DNA from: Dimorphilus gyrociliatus
Taxonomy: Eukaryota; Animalia; Annelida
Reading direction: 5' to 3'
Length of the DNA: 64,000 nt
Assembly (NCBI GenBank): GCA_904063045.1
Contig: CAJFCJ010000071.1
Span: forward strand, 55,065-119,064
Part shown: positions 61,376 through 64,000 of the stretch, piece after piece
How positions within the stretch are numbered: position 1 is the first letter of the stretch
Layout: the number at the start of each line of letters is the position of its first letter
Made by a program: the position numbers and the translations under genes
The notes under the pieces: model-generated
Databases searched by the model: none
Told to the model about the DNA's origin: nothing
What the model saw: the letters and a program-made list of their open reading frames with translations, nothing else

Positions 61376-62970
61376 AATATTAAATAAATTTAGTTTATCA
61401 AATTTAGAGGATACTGAACTCTTAAGAAATTTCTTATCACCTTTGAACATTGATATTTTTATTTCATAAGTTGATAATAATAGATTTTTATAATCTCTAA
61501 CATTTTATCAATTCAAAGGTGAAGGTCAATTGTAGAAAAATTTAATTATAAAATTTGTTAACCAATATATGACTCAGCATATTTTACATAGCGCAAATTG
61601 AGGATAGGGCATAGAAAATAGAACATTAAATGTTTTCTTCATATCAAACCAGTTTTTCTTTTCAAACTTAATAAAGAAAGTAAAAAGAAGCTTTCTTTAA
61701 AACAGATGGATATTTAAATAATCAAATTTTATATTAACAATCACAGTACTCTCTTATTTAGGGTTTATAAGTAAGTAAGGGTCCAATAAGAACCAAAGTA
61801 TGAGTGAGATAGCTAAAGGTGTAGGATTGATAGTGAGAGGAATATGAAGCCAGTTTTACAACTTGGTTCACAGAGGTTGTATCAAGTCTTTCTGACCACC
61901 TTTCCTAATTACACCCTGGTTTATATACATTCTCTCATCATGCACTACAGGCATTGAACCACAGGGATCTAATTCCTAGATAAGGCTCATCAGGACCACA
62001 CACTTATTATGCAATAGTATTATAAGCAACTAGCTCAGTTATGTACTTGTTTATGCTGATCAATATCACATGTTTACTCTAATGATCTTATGATATAGTA
62101 ACAAAAAAATATACAATTTTCAAAAGATGTAGTTTATAAGTGTACACGCATCATTAATTATTTAAAAATGAGATAGGCTGAGAGAAATATATGAAACTAT
62201 AATTCTATGTCTATATACTGAAATTAGGTCAATAAAATAAATATAAACATCTATTAAACATACATGTTTTGTCATAAATAATAAATACTCAACTTGTTAA
62301 TCATTCCTAGAAGAATTGAACCATTGATTATCAATATATTAGAAAACTGTTTATTAGTTGGAAAATTGTCCTTTGAAGAAATTGAAGAAAAAATAAATGT
62401 ATATGACAAAAATATCTTTTAGTGCGATACTACTATTTGTACCACTAATCTCTGGATTTTATGAAGATTATGTAAATCTTCTTTCACCACACAGGTATGT
62501 TGATGTAAGTGGTTCAGTACACTTGGGAATGTATAAATTTGGCAATTTATTTGATGACACGTCCTTTAAATATAAGACTGATGCTAGTAGACAAAATATA
62601 AGTCAAATTAAAATATGGTTTCGAATTCAAAGTGGAGAACATTTTAAATTGCATATGTTACGTTTCCTGAAATTACGTAATGGACACGAAAAACTGAATT
62701 TTACATTAACATTTTTAGATGATACAGAAGATTATGTTTTAGAGCATAACTTTACAAATGGTTGGAATGAAATTGAATTTTCTAATGTAACATTTATAAA
62801 AAGAATCTACATAATTGTAAGCGAATCAGAATTTAATGATCTAGAAATTGGTGAATTTCAAATTCTTGGCTTTGATAAATATTTTCTATCATGTTATGAA
62901 TGGTCTTATGAATCAAAACTTAAAGATTCCTCTGTCTTTTTATATGTAATTGATAATTGGATGTTATGGG
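60936..62970 (+). repeat. 2,035-bp inverted duplicate of 42477-44511
   Basis: See partner copy. Confidence 0.95.
62397..62970 (+). pseudogene. 3'-truncated copy of the 41169-43050 gene
   Basis: Identity to the partner ends at DNWMLW; MULE sequence follows. Confidence 0.88.
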
Positions 62971-63980
62971 TACAAGACATGTCAAATCTGTTTTCACTTT
63001 AATATCCACTTCTAAATTCTTTTTTCTGTTGTGATTATGTTCCAAATTCCATTTTGTCTTATTCTGGCCACACATCTTTTCTTCTTACTTCTCACACTGC
63101 ACACCCAAATAGTACTTGATGGTGTTTTATGTTTAACAACAAAAGAATATCCATCATTAAGTAAAATATCATGTCCCTTTCTACTTCCTCCTTTTACAAT
63201 CTCAAAATCACTTTTTGTGGATGATTCACAATATTCTTCAGCATTCTCTTCAACTTCCTCCAAAGAGTCTAGGTCCATTGATTGGCATTCTGAAAGAACA
63301 TGATTTTCATCCTCCAATATTGATTCCTCAACTGCAGCCATCTTATTTCTTTCATGAATAAAGCTTTCTTCAGAATTTACTTTGAATTCATGAATTTCCA
63401 GATTAGTTAACTTCTTGAGCATGACAGTACATTTTCTTTTGTTACAAGGTTTGCAAATTGGTATGTTATGTGTTTCTATAAGAATATGTTAAAAAATAGA
63501 ATTACATGAAAGCTGATTAAATAGTTACATACCTGTGCATTTCCTATGAATAAGATTCTTACAAAGGCTGCATTTCAAATATTTTTGCCTTCCATAAATT
63601 GTTGAATGACAAATGTGACATTTGAAAGCCATTTTATAATCTTCAATGAAATGTAGATGGTTATCTAAAAATATTTCCAGTTATCAATAAATCTCCTTTC
63701 CAAATATTCAAAATGGCTGAAATTTTATTTATGAAAAATATTCAGCTTTTTCACAATTGAAGATAATACATTACATCAAAATATCATGCATCAACAATCT
63801 CAATGATTAGATATAGATACTCACTTCTGTTGAAGCTTCCAAGAAGAGCTTTGTCCAAATTTATTCAGTAAATATAGCTTTAAAAATAGATTTATAGCTA
63901 AATCTTTTATTCAAAAATTCAAAAAAAAACAAGTATAAAAATAGGTACGTTCGCACCCAGGTATGTTCGCACCCCAACTC
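62971..63980 (-). mobile_element. MULE (family C) 5' half with TIR and FLYWCH-like region
   Basis: Terminus ..GGTACGTTCGCACCCAGGTATGTTCGCACCCCAACTC (reverse complement starts GAG); ORF 63012-63422 SRKGHDILLNDGYSF...WVCSVR..RC. Confidence 0.82.
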
Positions 63981-64000
63981 TTGATAAATAGATCAACTAT

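Overview
AT-rich eukaryotic (animal) genomic DNA with very short GT-AG introns (~50-70 nt) and one assembly gap (8816-9002). The compact introns, gene repertoire and TTAGGG motifs suggest a compact-genome marine invertebrate, probably a spiralian such as an annelid; this is inference and was not verified. The window is a TE-rich, heavily rearranged accessory region. It contains: (1) the 3' part of a decayed Ty3/Gypsy LTR retroelement with RT-RH-INT, an extra downstream aspartic protease and a herpes-gB/chuvirus-like env, plus solo and partial LTRs; (2) at least five families of FLYWCH/MULE (Phantom-like) DNA transposons with arrayed TIRs, a Tc1 element, a Penelope-like RT fragment and a 207-bp MITE family carrying telomere-like repeats; (3) RNI-type LRR genes, including an intact RING-B-box-coiled-coil-LRR gene; (4) a cluster of secreted multidomain lectin-like genes (PAN, trefoil, F5/8-FTP-like, FAMeT, CBM14-TSP1-3xC1q, LTD-ITIH-C); (5) a 2,035-bp inverted duplication with reciprocal gene truncations. 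No rRNA, tRNA or CRISPR array was recognised. Domain calls come from motif recognition by eye, not database searches.
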